The notes beneath the pieces were generated by a model. The model was given only the letters and a program-made list of their open reading frames with translations, did not search any database and was not told where the DNA came from. From the NCBI GenBank assembly GCA_021810345.1, contig JAJZIX010000002.1, forward strand, positions 11,027 to 75,026: DNA of 64,000 bases, written 5' to 3'. The DNA comes from Nanobdellota archaeon. GTDB lineage: Archaea; Nanobdellota; Nanobdellia; Parvarchaeales; Parvarchaeaceae. Below are positions 38,010-47,242 of this stretch, one piece after another. Within the stretch, counting starts at the first letter, position 1. Each line of letters opens with the position of its first letter. A program made the position numbers and the translations under genes.

Positions 38010-39449
38010 ATGGCTAGAGATAAAAAGGACCCGAAATCATTTTTTAAGCCTTTAGCTGACTTAATGCATGATCAGTACATAAAATACGTCCCTTCCTATG
38101 GAAACAGCTTCTTCTTCACAATAGGAATATACCTGCTGGAACTGTTTGTCATACTTGCAATAACTGGCATGGTCATGCTGATTTTTGGGCCTTACTGGTG
38201 GGATACAAACCCAGTCGGGACGCTTTTCAGGAGCATCCACCTGTGGGCAGCCGAAGCATTCGTTACGCTGATGTTTGTTCATCTTTTTGTTAACTTCTCT
38301 ACTTCCGCTTTCAAAAAGAAGAAACTTGTATGGATGATTGGCAGCGTGCTGCTGATACTGGTTTTGCTGGAGTTTGCCTTTGGAGTCGGGGTACAGGGAG
38401 GCTTGCTGTCGCAGTGGAACGACAAGGCAGGCGCGGATCTATGGAATGGACTGGGGCTTGGATTTTGGGTGAACCCGCTCAATCAGGGTGCAGTTATAGG
38501 CTGGCATGTGGCTATAATCCCGATTTTATTGGGCCTTTTGATATTTTTGCATTATTCCCTTGTCAGAAAGGCCGGTCTAAGCAAGCCCTACCGCAAGGAC
38601 ATACCGTACAAGATGGTCAAAGCAGATCATGGAAAGATGTACCGGAGAATGATATATATCCTTATAGTAGTCCTTGCTTTCTCCTTCATATTCAGCTCTC
38701 CTTACCTGGCGCCGCTCACTATAGCCCAGGCAGCCAATTCCAACCCTTCAAACATAGGAGCGACGCTTCTTCAGGAATTTAACTATTCCTCGGGCACTGC
38801 TACTTATCTTGACACTATAAATCCGTATACCTTCAGCACCAGAACGGTTTACTTTACGGTCCCGTACTCGGATTATATAGCATTCTCCAACAAGACTAAC
38901 CAACTTTCCGCATTTTACTCCGAAAACAGCTCCCAGCAGAAGCAGGACTTTATTTCGGCTTATTCCTACTTCAGTAGCAACGGGTCTATCTCCGGGGCAG
39001 TATCATCGAATAACCCGCTTTTGTCTGCAACTGGTGAGCTTGTACAGATGGCCCAGTCTGGAGAGTACCAGTTCGTCATTCAAAATGAAAGTGCTAGCGG
39101 GCTCGATGAGACCTATGTCTTGAGGTTTTTGTATGATAGCGGGGAGCTGAGCAAAGAGGCTTCTGAATATGGTCTGAGAACATCACAGTTCGGTATGCTA
39201 AAGGTCGGTGCGCCGCCATGGTCTATAGAATATTGGCTTATACCTTACAATATACTTGAAATAGAAACTGCGAACATATCTTGGTGGTCTGACCTTGAAA
39301 ATGGATTAATAGGAATGGCGGCGTTTTTGGTTCTGATATTCTTTCCATTCATCCCCGGTTTGAACAAGCTACCAGACAAGCTGAAGATGTATAAGCTTTT
39401 CTGGAATAAGTATACAAATCCGGAAATGCGCAAAAAGGGCAAGCGCTAG
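38010..39449 (+). CDS. Cytochrome b/b6-like di-heme membrane protein fused to a ~200 aa Ser/Asn-rich extracytoplasmic domain with a C-terminal TM
   Basis: Helix B has HLW...VHLF with 13 residues between the two His. Helix D has WHVAII...FLHY with 14 between (b6-like). The C-terminal half has no cyt b similarity and carries many N-x-S/T sequons. No Rieske partner is in the window. Confidence 0.6.
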   Translation: MARDKKDPKSFFKPLADLMHDQYIKYVPSYGNSFFFTIGIYLLELFVILAITGMVMLIFGPYWWDTNPVGTLFRSIHLWAAEAFVTLMFVHLFVNFSTSAFKKKKLVWMIGSVLLILVLLEFAFGVGVQGGLLSQWNDKAGADLWNGLGLGFWVNPLNQGAVIGWHVAIIPILLGLLIFLHYSLVRKAGLSKPYRKDIPYKMVKADHGKMYRRMIYILIVVLAFSFIFSSPYLAPLTIAQAANSNPSNIGATLLQEFNYSSGTATYLDTINPYTFSTRTVYFTVPYSDYIAFSNKTNQLSAFYSENSSQQKQDFISAYSYFSSNGSISGAVSSNNPLLSATGELVQMAQSGEYQFVIQNESASGLDETYVLRFLYDSGELSKEASEYGLRTSQFGMLKVGAPPWSIEYWLIPYNILEIETANISWWSDLENGLIGMAAFLVLIFFPFIPGLNKLPDKLKMYKLFWNKYTNPEMRKKGKR

Positions 39450-39713
39450 TTTAAGGTTATAAATAAGCTGCAGGTTTACAGTCAACTTCTGCTGCAGCCG
39501 CTTATGAATTTATAATTATTATATAATATGCTGGTGGGAGCGCTTTTCGCGGGGGAAGGCTCAAACTACATACTTAAATCCAATAAACCCCAAAATACAA
39601 CCTACAAGTAAAATCTTAGATTGATATAGTGGGCAAAATACAGGAAAAGAGGTAGCTGTTATAGTATTGTATCAGATAGTATTTAGGTTGTAAATAGTTA
39701 TGGTTCGTTAAAT

Positions 39714-40301
39714 CTATTTCAACAGCCTATTAACCCCATCTCTTGTGTATTTATTTGTTTTTTTAAGGTATCTCTCTAATTTATTTCTGTCTAATCTCTT
39801 TATTATCTCCCTTAAAACATCATCTGGCAGTGCTGATTTAAAGTATACAAAATCTATCAACGTTTTCTCTATGTCAGAAACCGGCATAAATCTATCTTTT
39901 ACTCTTTTTGGTTCATAACCAAAGAACATCTTCTTTTGAATATGCCTTATAATTATATTCCTACCAAGTATACTTCTCATACCTGTCCTGACCTTTCTTG
40001 TCGTTATTATAACTGGATTTGTTCCCTGCCCCCACAAGCCCTGCAAAGATAAAGCTTCTTGCAGACCATAATAAAATGGCTCGAATATGAAGCCTACAAT
40101 ATCCAAATCCTCATCAAATGAGTAGTACCCTCTCTTTAATCTTTTTATTTCACCTTTCTTTCTCAGATTATAAAGCATAAGCCTTGCATAATCCTTGCTT
40201 GCTCCCCCCTGCATTAAAAACAGTTCTGCATCCTTGATAGAGAAGTACTTCCTGCCACTAAAATGATCCATAAACTCTTTCTTATATTTTATTCTGCCCA
40301 T
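39714..40301 (-). CDS. AbiEi-like antitoxin/transcriptional regulator (type IV TA system)
   Basis: The N-terminal region LMLYNLRKKGEIKRLKRGYYSF matches the AbiEi wHTH RGxY signature. It overlaps the end of the upstream AbiEii-like gene by 13 nt. Confidence 0.5.
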   Translation of the reverse strand: MGRIKYKKEFMDHFSGRKYFSIKDAELFLMQGGASKDYARLMLYNLRKKGEIKRLKRGYYSFDEDLDIVGFIFEPFYYGLQEALSLQGLWGQGTNPVIITTRKVRTGMRSILGRNIIIRHIQKKMFFGYEPKRVKDRFMPVSDIEKTLIDFVYFKSALPDDVLREIIKRLDRNKLERYLKKTNKYTRDGVNRLLK

Positions 40302-40927
40302 ATCTTCAATGCTTCCAACATCTCCTGAAAAGTAGGTACCTTCCCCTCATAAATTATCGCTTTAAGATCACCTTCATCAACCGGTTCATCTATTTTTAAT
40401 AAAGATTTTTTAACAGACTCCTTTGTTCTTTTGTTATCTACGAATCTAGAAAGGAAATAAACATCATAGATATCCCTTATTTTACGCCTATTGTTGTAGG
40501 CTGACATCTTTTCCAGAATTAATTCCTCTGGCTTCAATGTCAATACTTCTATAGAACTACCATTTGCTTTTTGATAAGTCTTTAGAGTCCCGTGTATATT
40601 TTTTCTAGTTATCTCCAGGCTCATATGAGTAACATCATTCGATATTCGAGAGAAAAGAGTATTTGCAGTCTGTCTAAATTTTAATAGCTTTAAACCTCTT
40701 TTTTTCAATTCATTTTCTAACTTCGCCTTAAGATCCGCAGGATAATTGGTGTATAAATCTATGTCCTCCGAGAACCTTTTGCCACCATAACACCTCCATA
40801 TGGCTGTCCCTTCATGGATTACTGCATTGTCCCATAACGTATATACAACTTCTATCATTTCATCCTGCAATTCGGCTAACTCTTTTTGCGATTCCCTTTT
40901 GAGCTTGTAAATTATCGGAAATTCCAT
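40289..40927 (-). CDS. AbiEii-like nucleotidyltransferase toxin (DUF1814 family)
   Basis: Has the motif HEGTAIWRCYGGKRFSEDIDLY (GGTAL...R(F/L)SEDID(F/L)), diagnostic of AbiEii nucleotidyltransferases. It is 212 aa, shorter than the typical length. Confidence 0.6.
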   Translation of the reverse strand: MEFPIIYKLKRESQKELAELQDEMIEVVYTLWDNAVIHEGTAIWRCYGGKRFSEDIDLYTNYPADLKAKLENELKKRGLKLLKFRQTANTLFSRISNDVTHMSLEITRKNIHGTLKTYQKANGSSIEVLTLKPEELILEKMSAYNNRRKIRDIYDVYFLSRFVDNKRTKESVKKSLLKIDEPVDEGDLKAIIYEGKVPTFQEMLEALKIWAE

Positions 40928-41133
40928 AACTAACCTTAATTATACATATATATTATTATGGTTTATCCTATTTAAGTGTTTTCTTTAAGTGTCACGGCCT
41001 TCTTTATTTTTAGCTTATACATATTTAAAGAATGGCTGGCACTTAATTTTATAAAGTGTGAGCGGGAAAACTCACGATCTGAATCGTGGGATGAAAGCGA
41101 ACGTAAAAAATGGCATACGTAGGTAGGCTCTGA

Positions 41134-41182
41134 GGAAGCTTAAGCTTCCGATAGGAGCTGGAAGTCCATGAATTCATTCATG
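41134..41182 (+). promoter_or_regulatory. Two palindromes upstream of or overlapping the DUF218 start: GGAAGCTTAAGCTTCC (perfect 16-mer) and CATGAAT-TC-ATTCATG
   Basis: Read directly at 41134-41149 and 41167-41182. They lie in a 240-nt gap that also has the hairpins GTGAG-N8-CTCAC and CACGAT-N4-ATCGTG at 41058-41088. Confidence 0.3.
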
Positions 41183-41782
41183 GGAGGAAGTCACATGGTA
41201 TCTAAAGCGGTTTTGCTGTGCGTGCATGGCTACACGAAATTCCCCAGAGAGAAAGAGAAAAACTGGCAGGAAGTAGTGAAAGATCGGCTTTCTACCGCAT
41301 ATGAGCTTGCCAGGTTCTTTAGCTCAACAGGCATGACTATATATCTAGTAATCTCAGGAGGCACACTTAATAAAAATCAGGTTGAGGCAGACACAATCCA
41401 TGCTTATGCAAGAAAGAACTTTCCAGAGCTATTTACACTAGTTGCGGATGTTATACTAGAGAGAGAATCCAAGAATACACAGGAGAATGTGGATGAAATA
41501 CTTAAGTGGGCAGTAAAGAAGAATGCTATAATAGTGTCAATAAGCAGCAAGGATCATGCACCTAGAGTTGTAAAAGACTGGGCCTATGATAAACTTAGAG
41601 GCGGCCACATAATAATGGTTGCACCTTCCCACGAGACTTATGGCGAAGATTCAGATGCAGAGCCTATAATAATAGAATCTTCTTTTTGGGCTTATGACGC
41701 ACTAAAGAGCATATTTGAAATACCAGAAGAAAAGAGGAAACTTGTAAAGGAGAAACTCTTAAAAGGTTTAGAAGAAATGTAA
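41168..41782 (+). CDS. DUF218 (YdcF/ElyC-like) domain protein, paralog 1
   Basis: Has the ISGG...E(S/T)KNTQEN signature. The probable true start is ATG 41195 (MVSKAVLL), preceded by GGGAGGAAG. Confidence 0.65.
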   Translation: MNSFMGGSHMVSKAVLLCVHGYTKFPREKEKNWQEVVKDRLSTAYELARFFSSTGMTIYLVISGGTLNKNQVEADTIHAYARKNFPELFTLVADVILERESKNTQENVDEILKWAVKKNAIIVSISSKDHAPRVVKDWAYDKLRGGHIIMVAPSHETYGEDSDAEPIIIESSFWAYDALKSIFEIPEEKRKLVKEKLLKGLEEM

Positions 41783-41999
41783 CCCGACCACAAGCAATTT
41801 TGGAATCTAAGCAGCTTCTAACTGTATAAATCTTACCGTCCAAACAGAGATCGGTTGATATAGAAGCAAGCAGGCTAGTCGTTCACACTACTTTCAATAA
41901 TGAGATTAGGCTATCTAGTTATCCGATCTACGCTGGAAACGCCCCATATAACAAAAACTTATATACTCGGATTTACTCATTTTTATTGAGGCGGTTGTC

Positions 42000-42368
42000 A
42001 TGTCACTTCTCGGTGGGAATAAAAGCATGAATCAGGATAGTTCCCAAGGTGGAACTCCCAAATGGTTAAAAAATGGGGAAAAAATACTCGGTGAGTTCGG
42101 TGAATGCTCCGCCAGTATTTTACTAGACCTAAAAGAGAAACTCAGCAATAAAAAAGGCCTTTTCGCAAGTATGCAAAGAGGTTTAATAAATGCTCGGGAA
42201 TCCTTAGTTAAGTCCAGTCCATTCGGCAATTTTATGCTTTTTGTGAAGTTCAAGGATCAGGAACTGTCAAATCTAAACAAGTTTGTACAGTTACTTTTCG
42301 GCGAAACTGGCGCTGCAGCAGATTACAAAGCAAATGAGGCTCTAATAAGAAAAGATTACTTTCATTAG
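42000..42368 (+). CDS. Hypothetical protein (122 aa)
   Basis: ORF separated by 1 nt from the downstream membrane protein; no recognisable motif. Confidence 0.4.
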   Translation: MSLLGGNKSMNQDSSQGGTPKWLKNGEKILGEFGECSASILLDLKEKLSNKKGLFASMQRGLINARESLVKSSPFGNFMLFVKFKDQELSNLNKFVQLLFGETGAAADYKANEALIRKDYFH

Positions 42369-42369
42369 C

Positions 42370-43632
42370 ATGGTATCTAAAGCCTCTGATATAAAAGCAA
42401 AGAGAATGAACCCATTGATGGATATCTTTGTTTCTTTTACGTACCAATTTAAATCATTTTTTGGAACTCTTATAGCTCTTTCGATCCTGGTTAGTGTTAT
42501 ATTTTTACTTACAATGGGGGTAAATTCAATCATATTTGGACATGCGAGTCTCAATGTCCAGTCTATAGTTTCATCCGCAAAATCTTTGTTTGGAAATGCC
42601 GATACGCTTTTTAGTAGTAGTTTCAAAATAATTTGGTATATAGCTGTATTAGTCTCTGCGTTAGTTGGCGGGGCGATCCTGCCCGAGATCGGGTCTAGAT
42701 ATAGCTATTTCCTATTTGTGCAGCCAAGTAGCAGGCATTCAATAGTAATGGGGAGGTATCTGGCTGCGTTTGTTGGTTCTGCTATAATTATGGCTGTTTA
42801 TTATGTAACGGCGATATTAGTTTCACTTTATTTATTTTATTCAATACCATCGATTATCCCGCTTTTCATATCGTTTGCGGAGACTCTATTAATTATCCTA
42901 GCTGTTCTGGCTCTTGTGATCTTCATTGGGTCACCTTCGGATAACCCCCAAGCCGCATCTATGGCTACACTGTTTTTGCTTCTTTTTGGATTCTATCTTC
43001 TGCTGGGGTTCTTGCCAATTTTTTACCCTACCACGGAACCCTGGTTCATGCTGAATTACGCAGCCGAATCTACTTACAGTGTTTTTTCCAGCACATTCCA
43101 ACACATTAATGTTTCGAATCAATCAATCCAGCATCAGCCGATTCCCCCAATTGTTTCAGGATTAAATGGGTTCTATGTATCCACTGTTACAAGGAGTAAA
43201 CCACCCATCAATGGCCCCGCCGCTGGTGGAAACGATACTTTAATGATGTTTTTTAGTGAAAATTTCCCAGGCAGCATAATATTAGAATGGGTGAATTTCA
43301 CGTTTCCTAACCATACTAACTATTCTTATTTCGGTAATATGGTCATGACTCCGTCGGCCTCAATCGGGATCCCATTCAAATACAACATTTCCCCTGGAAC
43401 CACCTACCCCATAGGGGTCAATATCTCTTACCATCAATCGAGTACAAGTCAGTTGTTCAGCTCGTATGGGGTTGTATATGTAAACGCTTCTGATGTCTCA
43501 CCAGCATATAAATACATTGTTAGGGACACTTTCGAGCCTTATCCATTAGAATCTGCCGAGATTTCTACGGGTTATATAATATTCTTCCTATCTTTAGGTC
43601 TTCTAATATATGGCAGAAGAGAGGTTAAATGA
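42370..43632 (+). CDS. ABC-2-type permease-like membrane protein with a large C-terminal extracytoplasmic N-glycosylation-sequon-rich domain and a terminal TM
   Basis: 420 aa. Multiple TM helices in the first ~230 aa. The C-terminal 180 aa is S/T/N/Y rich with at least 9 N-x-S/T sequons. It overlaps the downstream ABC ATPase by 23 nt. Confidence 0.5.
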   Translation: MVSKASDIKAKRMNPLMDIFVSFTYQFKSFFGTLIALSILVSVIFLLTMGVNSIIFGHASLNVQSIVSSAKSLFGNADTLFSSSFKIIWYIAVLVSALVGGAILPEIGSRYSYFLFVQPSSRHSIVMGRYLAAFVGSAIIMAVYYVTAILVSLYLFYSIPSIIPLFISFAETLLIILAVLALVIFIGSPSDNPQAASMATLFLLLFGFYLLLGFLPIFYPTTEPWFMLNYAAESTYSVFSSTFQHINVSNQSIQHQPIPPIVSGLNGFYVSTVTRSKPPINGPAAGGNDTLMMFFSENFPGSIILEWVNFTFPNHTNYSYFGNMVMTPSASIGIPFKYNISPGTTYPIGVNISYHQSSTSQLFSSYGVVYVNASDVSPAYKYIVRDTFEPYPLESAEISTGYIIFFLSLGLLIYGRREVK

Positions 43633-44347
43633 GAGTGTTATGGCATCAATAAAATTAGTTAATGTGTATAAGCGCTTTGGTAAAAAATTAGTTCTTGACA
43701 ATATATCTTTCGAGCCCTCACGGAATGGGGCGATAGGCTATCTTGGCCCGAATGGTGCTGGTAAGACTACGACATTCAAGGTACTTCTTGGACTGTTAAA
43801 GCCGACTTCTGGGGCAGCGTACATAAATGGAATTGATGTAAGAAAGGATCGGAAAAATGCCCTCCTAAACGTTGGTTCGATAGTCGAATCTCCCGAAGGA
43901 CAGCCAGGCCAAACCGTGCGGGAAGCGATAGAGATGGCAGGCGCTTACAAAGGCCTAAATAAGCAGCAAGTTGCAGCTCAGATAGAAAACTATGAATCAT
44001 CGTTAAAGTTGCCCGACTTATCTTTTAAAATAAATGAACTGTCAAAGGGACTAAAACAGCGCGTCTCCCTGATGATGGCACTTATTGCAGAGCCGAATGT
44101 ACTCATACTTGATGAACCAACAGAGGGGCTTGACCCCGCCGAGAGGATAAGATTCATGCAGCTGATCAACAGCATAAAGAAGGACAGACTAATTCTTATA
44201 AGTTCGCATATTATCCCAGAAATCAGAGAGGTTTGTGATTCAATCATACTGATAAACAATGGAAAGATAATCGACAGTGGGACCATAACTGAACTTCAAA
44301 GAAAATACGGTTCATTGGAAAAGATGTACATGAAGATGGTGGGTTAA
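43610..44347 (+). CDS. ABC transporter ATP-binding protein
   Basis: Walker A GPNGAGKTT, signature LSKGLKQR, Walker B ILILDEP. Confidence 0.85.
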   Translation: MAEERLNESVMASIKLVNVYKRFGKKLVLDNISFEPSRNGAIGYLGPNGAGKTTTFKVLLGLLKPTSGAAYINGIDVRKDRKNALLNVGSIVESPEGQPGQTVREAIEMAGAYKGLNKQQVAAQIENYESSLKLPDLSFKINELSKGLKQRVSLMMALIAEPNVLILDEPTEGLDPAERIRFMQLINSIKKDRLILISSHIIPEIREVCDSIILINNGKIIDSGTITELQRKYGSLEKMYMKMVG

Positions 44348-44349
44348 GT

Positions 44350-44402
44350 CCAGTTTTTAATATAATTTTCAATTTTTATTTTCAGTTCTTGAAAACTGAA
44401 AA
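44350..44402 (+). terminator. T-tract-rich region plus a 9-bp hairpin (TTTTCAGTT-N6-AACTGAAAA) downstream of the ABC ATPase
   Basis: Several T5 tracts follow the stop codon directly, consistent with archaeal oligo-T termination. The hairpin was read directly. Confidence 0.3.
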
Positions 44403-44483
44403 CAGCCTTTGAATTAAGGATTGAAAGGTATTTATAGGGGTTAGTTTCATAATATAACTATTAATAAGTAGTGGAGGTAAATT

Positions 44484-45104
44484 ATGGGAAAAACTATTGT
44501 TAGCGTGTTTGGTTACAGCGAAAATATAGTTCCGGGAAACAATCCGTGGGAGCAGGTGGTTTCTGATAGATTTGAGGGCGCGATGGATGTTGCCAAATTC
44601 CTAAAGAGACATGATATAGACGTAGACATGTACATTTCGGGAGGAACAGTCTCTAATGAGACTGGTAGAGTAGAAGCCGATGCGATGCATGATTTTCTGA
44701 AGAAAAAATACCCTAACTTAGAAAGCATAGTGGATGAGGTAGTCTTGGACAAAGAATCCAAAAATACACAGGATAACGTCAATAAGATAAGCTCATATGC
44801 CAAGGAGGTTGGAGCCGATTCAGTCTTTGGAGTAAGCAGCAGAGACCATGTTGGCAGGATAATCACCCAGCAGGCATACTTGCAGAATAAGCCGGATCTG
44901 ACGATGGGGGTATTCCCATCTAATGGATCTTATAGCATTAACGGTTCTGAGGGTATACTACCAATAATACTAGAACCACCATTTTTTGGCCGGGATAACC
45001 CCAAGGGATTGTATAGTATGTACTCCAAATTGTTCAAACTGAATCCCTATCAAAAGGTGGAAATAGGTGAGGAGATCGTGAGAAAAGTAGACGGGAAGCA
45101 GTGA
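44484..45104 (+). CDS. DUF218 (YdcF/ElyC-like) domain protein, paralog 2
   Basis: Has YISGG...E(S/T)KNTQDN, about 35 percent identical by eye to the 41168 protein. A GGAGG ribosome-binding site lies 8 nt upstream. Confidence 0.65.
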   Translation: MGKTIVSVFGYSENIVPGNNPWEQVVSDRFEGAMDVAKFLKRHDIDVDMYISGGTVSNETGRVEADAMHDFLKKKYPNLESIVDEVVLDKESKNTQDNVNKISSYAKEVGADSVFGVSSRDHVGRIITQQAYLQNKPDLTMGVFPSNGSYSINGSEGILPIILEPPFFGRDNPKGLYSMYSKLFKLNPYQKVEIGEEIVRKVDGKQ

Positions 45105-45328
45105 ATCGGCTTTTAAAGCATTTTTATCGATTTGCATTAGTCAAGTCTTCTAAATGAACACTACTCAGATAATTGCAAGAGGAGTGTGGATGAAGAGAGA
45201 TACGATGTAGGTTATCACCGATCGACTCCAAGTTTTACATCGATGAGTTATACGGGGAAGCACATAATTTTTTGTCATTCGATTTAAAACTAATTAAGGA
45301 TTAATACTAGGAAAAATTTTAATCAACC

Positions 45329-46282
45329 ATGGAGAATGTCGCTGTAAGAATAAGGAATTTAAGCAAGAGATATGAAAATGGCGGAAAAGTGACGAAAGCA
45401 CTAAAAAACATAAATCTGGACATAAGGGAAGGGGAAATATTGGGGGTGCTTGGCCCAAATGGCGCGGGTAAGACAACTTTAATAAACATTTTGGCGACGT
45501 TGCTTATACCGGATAAAGGTACTATCAATGCATTCGGGATAGATGTGCTGAAAGAACCAAACAAGTTTAGAGAGATTATAGGCTATGCTGGACAGGACAG
45601 TGAAAAATCAGCATATTATAGGCTTACTGCTTTTGAAACTTTGGTGTACTTCTCATATACATTTAGAGACGTCAAAAAAGAGGACATAGAAAAGGAAATA
45701 AAATATATAAGTAAAAGGATAGGTTTCTCGCGAAAATTAAACAGCCAGTTCTCCACACTGTCTGGGGGAGAAAAACAAGCGACTGTGATAATGCGGGCGT
45801 TGGTCCACAAACCAAGATTGTGCTTCCTCGATGAACCATCAAAGTCACTAGACCCCATAACAGCTAAAAAATTTAGAGCTTTTTTAAAAGATTTTGTAAG
45901 GAAAGATAAGATTACAACGATAATCACAACCCACAATATGTCTGAAGCAGAGGAAATATGTGATAGAATAGTGCTGATAAATAAGGGCAGAATAAAATTT
46001 ATTGGTACACCTTTAGAATTCAAAAATATAATGGATTATACCGACAAAATAATACTTGATATACATCTAAATAAATTACTGATCTCAAAATTTAAGAAAA
46101 TACCTTCAGTAGTAAGAATAAAACAGACGATTGGATCCACAGTGATATACACAAATAAAGCAAATCTATCGCTCTTGGCCTTGACTTCTATACTGAAGAA
46201 TGAAAACTTAGAACCAAAAATAACAGTAAAAAGTGCTACGGTAGAGGATGCATTCATAAAGGTGATGGAAAATGGCAAATAA
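45329..46282 (+). CDS. ABC transporter ATP-binding protein (ABC-2 exporter type, with C-terminal accessory domain)
   Basis: Walker A GPNGAGKTT, signature LSGGEKQ, Walker B CFLDEP. Confidence 0.85.
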   Translation: MENVAVRIRNLSKRYENGGKVTKALKNINLDIREGEILGVLGPNGAGKTTLINILATLLIPDKGTINAFGIDVLKEPNKFREIIGYAGQDSEKSAYYRLTAFETLVYFSYTFRDVKKEDIEKEIKYISKRIGFSRKLNSQFSTLSGGEKQATVIMRALVHKPRLCFLDEPSKSLDPITAKKFRAFLKDFVRKDKITTIITTHNMSEAEEICDRIVLINKGRIKFIGTPLEFKNIMDYTDKIILDIHLNKLLISKFKKIPSVVRIKQTIGSTVIYTNKANLSLLALTSILKNENLEPKITVKSATVEDAFIKVMENGK

Positions 46283-47087
46283 GATTAAGGAGATGTTTAA
46301 GGTATTTCGTATGTCATTATGGATGAACATCACTTTGCTTAGAAGATACAATTTAAATTTCATATTCTGGGTGATTTACGCGGCAATAAACGCCACTTTA
46401 ATGCTTCTTTTCATACCGCTTTATTCTGCCTCTATCTCTGCGATAGGGACTAAAAGCATGATTTCTTTTATTCTGATAGGTGCAGCAATGCTGCCACTCC
46501 TTGAAGAAACAGTTTCTAGCGTTGCCGGGGATGCCAACTTTCAACTGTGGTCTGGAGTTATAAACTACTCCTTTACTACTCCTATTTCCAGATACATATA
46601 CTTCAGTTTGAACAATATCTCTGAAGTAGTGATCTCTCTGGTCGTTTATTCCCCAATTTATCTGGCTGCAATACTTTTTGCTTTTAGTTATTTAACACCT
46701 CTGGGTCTCCTGCTTTCGTTGGTATGCTTCGCTATAGGATTTCTCAGTATGCTCCAGTTAGGGCTTATGCTTGGTGCTGGAATACTTCTTTTTAGAAAAG
46801 TACACGCATTGGAAGGCATAATTATTCTATTTGTTACATTCTTAAGCGGGGCCTTTATACCCTTGCAGGTGCTGCCAAGCTCAATAAATTACGCCGCTTT
46901 ATTTGTACCTTTGACCTCAAGTCTCTACCTTGTAAGGTACTATCTTATCGGGTCGTCATTGATAGCCCCAGTGTATTTAATGTGGATAATTACACTAAGC
47001 GAATTGATAGTATTCGCCGTAATAGCCAAGTTTATATTCGCAGCTGCTGAGAAGAAAGCAGAAAAAATCGGCTTTAACTACATATAA
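46272..47087 (+). CDS. ABC-2 family transporter permease
   Basis: 271 aa, 6 TM. Overlaps the ATPase stop by 11 nt. Confidence 0.7.
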   Translation: MANKIKEMFKVFRMSLWMNITLLRRYNLNFIFWVIYAAINATLMLLFIPLYSASISAIGTKSMISFILIGAAMLPLLEETVSSVAGDANFQLWSGVINYSFTTPISRYIYFSLNNISEVVISLVVYSPIYLAAILFAFSYLTPLGLLLSLVCFAIGFLSMLQLGLMLGAGILLFRKVHALEGIIILFVTFLSGAFIPLQVLPSSINYAALFVPLTSSLYLVRYYLIGSSLIAPVYLMWIITLSELIVFAVIAKFIFAAAEKKAEKIGFNYI

Positions 47088-47242
47088 GCCGAAGAAATTA
47101 ATAAGGATATTTAAATTTTGCTGATGATGCCTAGAGTAGTGGAAAAGGATGAGCTTTTAGCAATTCTTAGGTATTTGAACAGAAACTAGTATACCATTTA
47201 AATATATTATTAAGCTTTGTATGATAATTAATCTTATCATAT

